A DNA stretch of 24,000 nt from Gordonia sp. (in: high G+C Gram-positive bacteria) (GTDB taxonomy: Bacteria; Actinomycetota; Actinomycetes; Mycobacteriales; Mycobacteriaceae). Shown one piece after another: positions 22,038 through 24,000 of the stretch. The stretch's first letter is position 1. Each line of letters begins with the position of its first letter. A model generated the notes under the pieces. That model worked only from the letters and a program-made list of their open reading frames with translations, did not search any database and was not told where the DNA came from. Both the position numbers and the translations under genes were made by a program. The DNA lies in assembly GCF_047602025.1 (NCBI RefSeq), contig NZ_JASGII010000001.1, positions 619,201 to 643,200 of the forward strand, read 5' to 3'.

Positions 22038-22961
22038 ATGAGCGCATCCCGATCGGACGCCGCGACCGCCCCGCCCATCCCGCGGACGGCGGTGGTGCCC
22101 GCCGCCGGTCTCGGCACCCGCTTCCTGCCGGCGACCAAGACGGTGCCCAAGGAACTGTTGCCCGTCGTCGACACCCCCGGCATCGAGTTGGTGGCCGAGG
22201 AGGCCAAGTCGGCCGGCGCCCAACGACTGCTGATCATCACCTCGCCCGGCAAGGACGGCGTGGTCGCCCACTTCGTCGAGGACCTGGTCCTGGAGAACAC
22301 CCTTGCCAGCCGCGGAAAGGCGGCCATGCTGGCGAAGGTCCGCAATGCGCCGAACCTGCTCGAGGTGGCCTCCGTCGTCCAGGAGCAGCCGTTGGGCCTC
22401 GGTCACGCGGTCGGGTGCGTCGAGGAGTACCTCGCCGACGACGAGGATGCCGTCGCGGTGCTGCTGCCCGACGACCTGGTCCTGCCCGGCGGGGTCCTGG
22501 AGACCATGGCGCGCGTGCGCGAGCGCCGCGGCGGATCGGTGCTGTGCGCGATCGAGGTCCCCGACGACCAGCTGTCGGCCTACGGCATCTTCGACGTCGA
22601 GACGCTGCCCGACGCGGCCAACCCCGACGTGCTGCGCGTGCTCGGCATGGTGGAGAAGCCGGAGCCGGGACAGGCGCCGTCGAACTTCGCCGCCGCCGGC
22701 CGCTACATCCTCGACCGCAAGATCTTCGACGCGCTGCGCCGCATCAAGCCCGGCGCCGGCGGCGAGCTCCAGCTCACCGATGCCATCGCGCAGCTGATCG
22801 CCGACGGCGAGCCGGTCCACGTCGTCGTCCACCGGGGCACCCGGCACGACCTGGGCAACCCCGGCGGCTACCTCAAGGCGGCGGTCGATTTCGCCCTCGA
22901 CCGCGACGACTACGGGCCCGAACTGCGGGCCTGGCTGCTCGAGCGCCTGCACGAGGGCTGA
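22038..22961 (+). CDS. galU: UTP--glucose-1-phosphate uridylyltransferase GalU
   Basis: AAGLGTRFLPATKTVPKELLPVVD (the GxGTRxLPxTK motif), and VEKP. 307 aa. The track start at 21858 overlaps the divergent gene. Confidence 0.9.
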   Translation: MSASRSDAATAPPIPRTAVVPAAGLGTRFLPATKTVPKELLPVVDTPGIELVAEEAKSAGAQRLLIITSPGKDGVVAHFVEDLVLENTLASRGKAAMLAKVRNAPNLLEVASVVQEQPLGLGHAVGCVEEYLADDEDAVAVLLPDDLVLPGGVLETMARVRERRGGSVLCAIEVPDDQLSAYGIFDVETLPDAANPDVLRVLGMVEKPEPGQAPSNFAAAGRYILDRKIFDALRRIKPGAGGELQLTDAIAQLIADGEPVHVVVHRGTRHDLGNPGGYLKAAVDFALDRDDYGPELRAWLLERLHEG

Positions 22962-23069
22962 GGACCGCCGGCGCCGTCGTCGGCGTGGCACCGCGGGCGC
23001 CGCGATCGGCGGCGCTAGAGTCGGGGCTGTTGACTTCTGTGCGCGAGACGAGATCACTTGGGAGGCGAA

Positions 23070-24000
23070 ATGCGGTCGGTCGATGAGCACTTGGCGCGGA
23101 TCACCTCCTCCGCCGTGGTTCCCCGACCGGTCAAGATCGCCATCTCCGAGGCCCAGGGCCTCATGTGCGCCGAAGAGGTCCTCACCGAGCGCCCGCTGCC
23201 CGGCTTCGACCAGGCCGCCGTCGACGGCTACGCGGTCCGCGCGGTCGACGTCGCGCTCGCCGGCGTCGTGGCCCCCGGTCCCGACGAGGCCTTCGATGCG
23301 GGCGAGGCCGACCTCGACGCACTGGTCCCGGGCGACCCGATCGCCGTCTTCCTCCCCGTCGTCGGCGACGTCGAGCCCGGCTCGCGCACGCCGATCCGCC
23401 TCCAGCCGCGTCAGGCCGTCCGCGTCGAGACCGGTGCGCCGATGCCCACCCTCGCCGACTCGGTCGTCCCGCTGCGCTGGACCGACGGCGCCACCCAAAA
23501 GGTGCGCATCGCCCACGGCGTCGACAGCGGTTCCTACGTGCGGCGCGTCGGCGACGACGTGCAGCCCGGCGACGTGGCCGTCCGCGCCGGCGAGATCATC
23601 GGACCGGCGCAGGTCGGCCTGCTCGCCGCCGTCGGCCGCTCCCGCGTGCTGGTGCACCCGCGGCCGCGGCTGTCGGTGATCGCCGTCGGCTCGGAACTCG
23701 TCGACATCGACCGCGTTCCCGGCCAGGGGCAGGTCTACGACGTCAACAGCTACGCGCTGGCCGCCGCCGCGCGCGACGCGGGCGCCGACGTCAACCGCGT
23801 CGGCATCGCCGAGCGCGACCCGGCCCGCCTGCGCGAGATCGTCGAGGCACAGCTGATCCGCTCGGAGATCGTCGTGATCTGCGGGGCGGTCGGCGGCTCG
23901 TCGTCGAAGGCCATCGCCGACGCCCTCAGCGAGCTCGGCGATCTGGACATCGCCCGTATCGCCATGCACCCCGGCTCCGTGCAGGGCTTCGGCCGCCTCG
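23070..24000 (+). CDS. moeA: Molybdopterin molybdenumtransferase MoeA, N-terminal ~310 aa (3' end outside window)
   Basis: Not in the ORF track because there is no stop in the window. GGGAGG lies 4 nt before ATG 23070. Hand translation gives MRSVDEHLARITSSAVVPRPVKIAISEAQGLMCAEEVLTERPLPGFDQAAVDGYAVRAVDV..., the MoeA N-terminal signature. Matches the Rv0994 position after galU. Confidence 0.9.
   Translation, partial: MRSVDEHLARITSSAVVPRPVKIAISEAQGLMCAEEVLTERPLPGFDQAAVDGYAVRAVDVALAGVVAPGPDEAFDAGEADLDALVPGDPIAVFLPVVGDVEPGSRTPIRLQPRQAVRVETGAPMPTLADSVVPLRWTDGATQKVRIAHGVDSGSYVRRVGDDVQPGDVAVRAGEIIGPAQVGLLAAVGRSRVLVHPRPRLSVIAVGSELVDIDRVPGQGQVYDVNSYALAAAARDAGADVNRVGIAERDPARLREIVEAQLIRSEIVVICGAVGGSSSKAIADALSELGDLDIARIAMHPGSVQGFGRL

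Noticed and set aside
23030-23058. TTGACT-17 nt-ATCACT promoter-like hexamers upstream of moeA
   Set aside because: The implied TSS (~23065) would fall inside the GGGAGG SD of moeA, which is incompatible with use of that SD. The -10 hexamer is also weak.

Overview
High-GC actinobacterial chromosome segment. Its backbone is colinear, from memory, with the Mycobacterium tuberculosis Rv0957-Rv0994 region. In order: purH (3' end), a ChlI/MoxR-like AAA+ ATPase with its vWA partner, an AEC-family permease, a Pro-rich DUF4190-like membrane protein, rpmF, an SDR, three tandem paralogous polytopic membrane proteins, the mprA-mprB-pepD envelope-stress module, moaB2, mscL, a SAF-domain protein, a CIRCE-preceded FmdB/Ruc-like zinc-ribbon protein, 5-formyl-THF cyclo-ligase, galU and moeA (5' part). 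I saw no rRNA, tRNA, CRISPR, transposase or integrase. The stand-out is a ~5.3 kb same-strand insertion (about 13.9-19.25 kb) between moaB2 and mscL, which are adjacent in M. tuberculosis. It encodes two tandem MspA-like porins, a signal-peptide protein with extreme His/Asp runs, a 48-aa (YYGPRR)n peptide gene missing from the ORF track and followed by a strong hairpin terminator, an ABC exporter with an acidic Trp-containing N-terminal extension, and a translationally coupled secreted collagen-like (Gly-Asp-Arg)n protein. No enzyme, regulator or mobility gene lies in the block. I read it as a candidate undescribed envelope or extracellular low-complexity protein/peptide export module, possibly metal-linked; its function is inference only. 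All family calls rest on motifs read by eye and recalled family knowledge, since no searches could be run. Many long ORFs in the track are antisense or off-frame artefacts of high GC and are not reported as genes.
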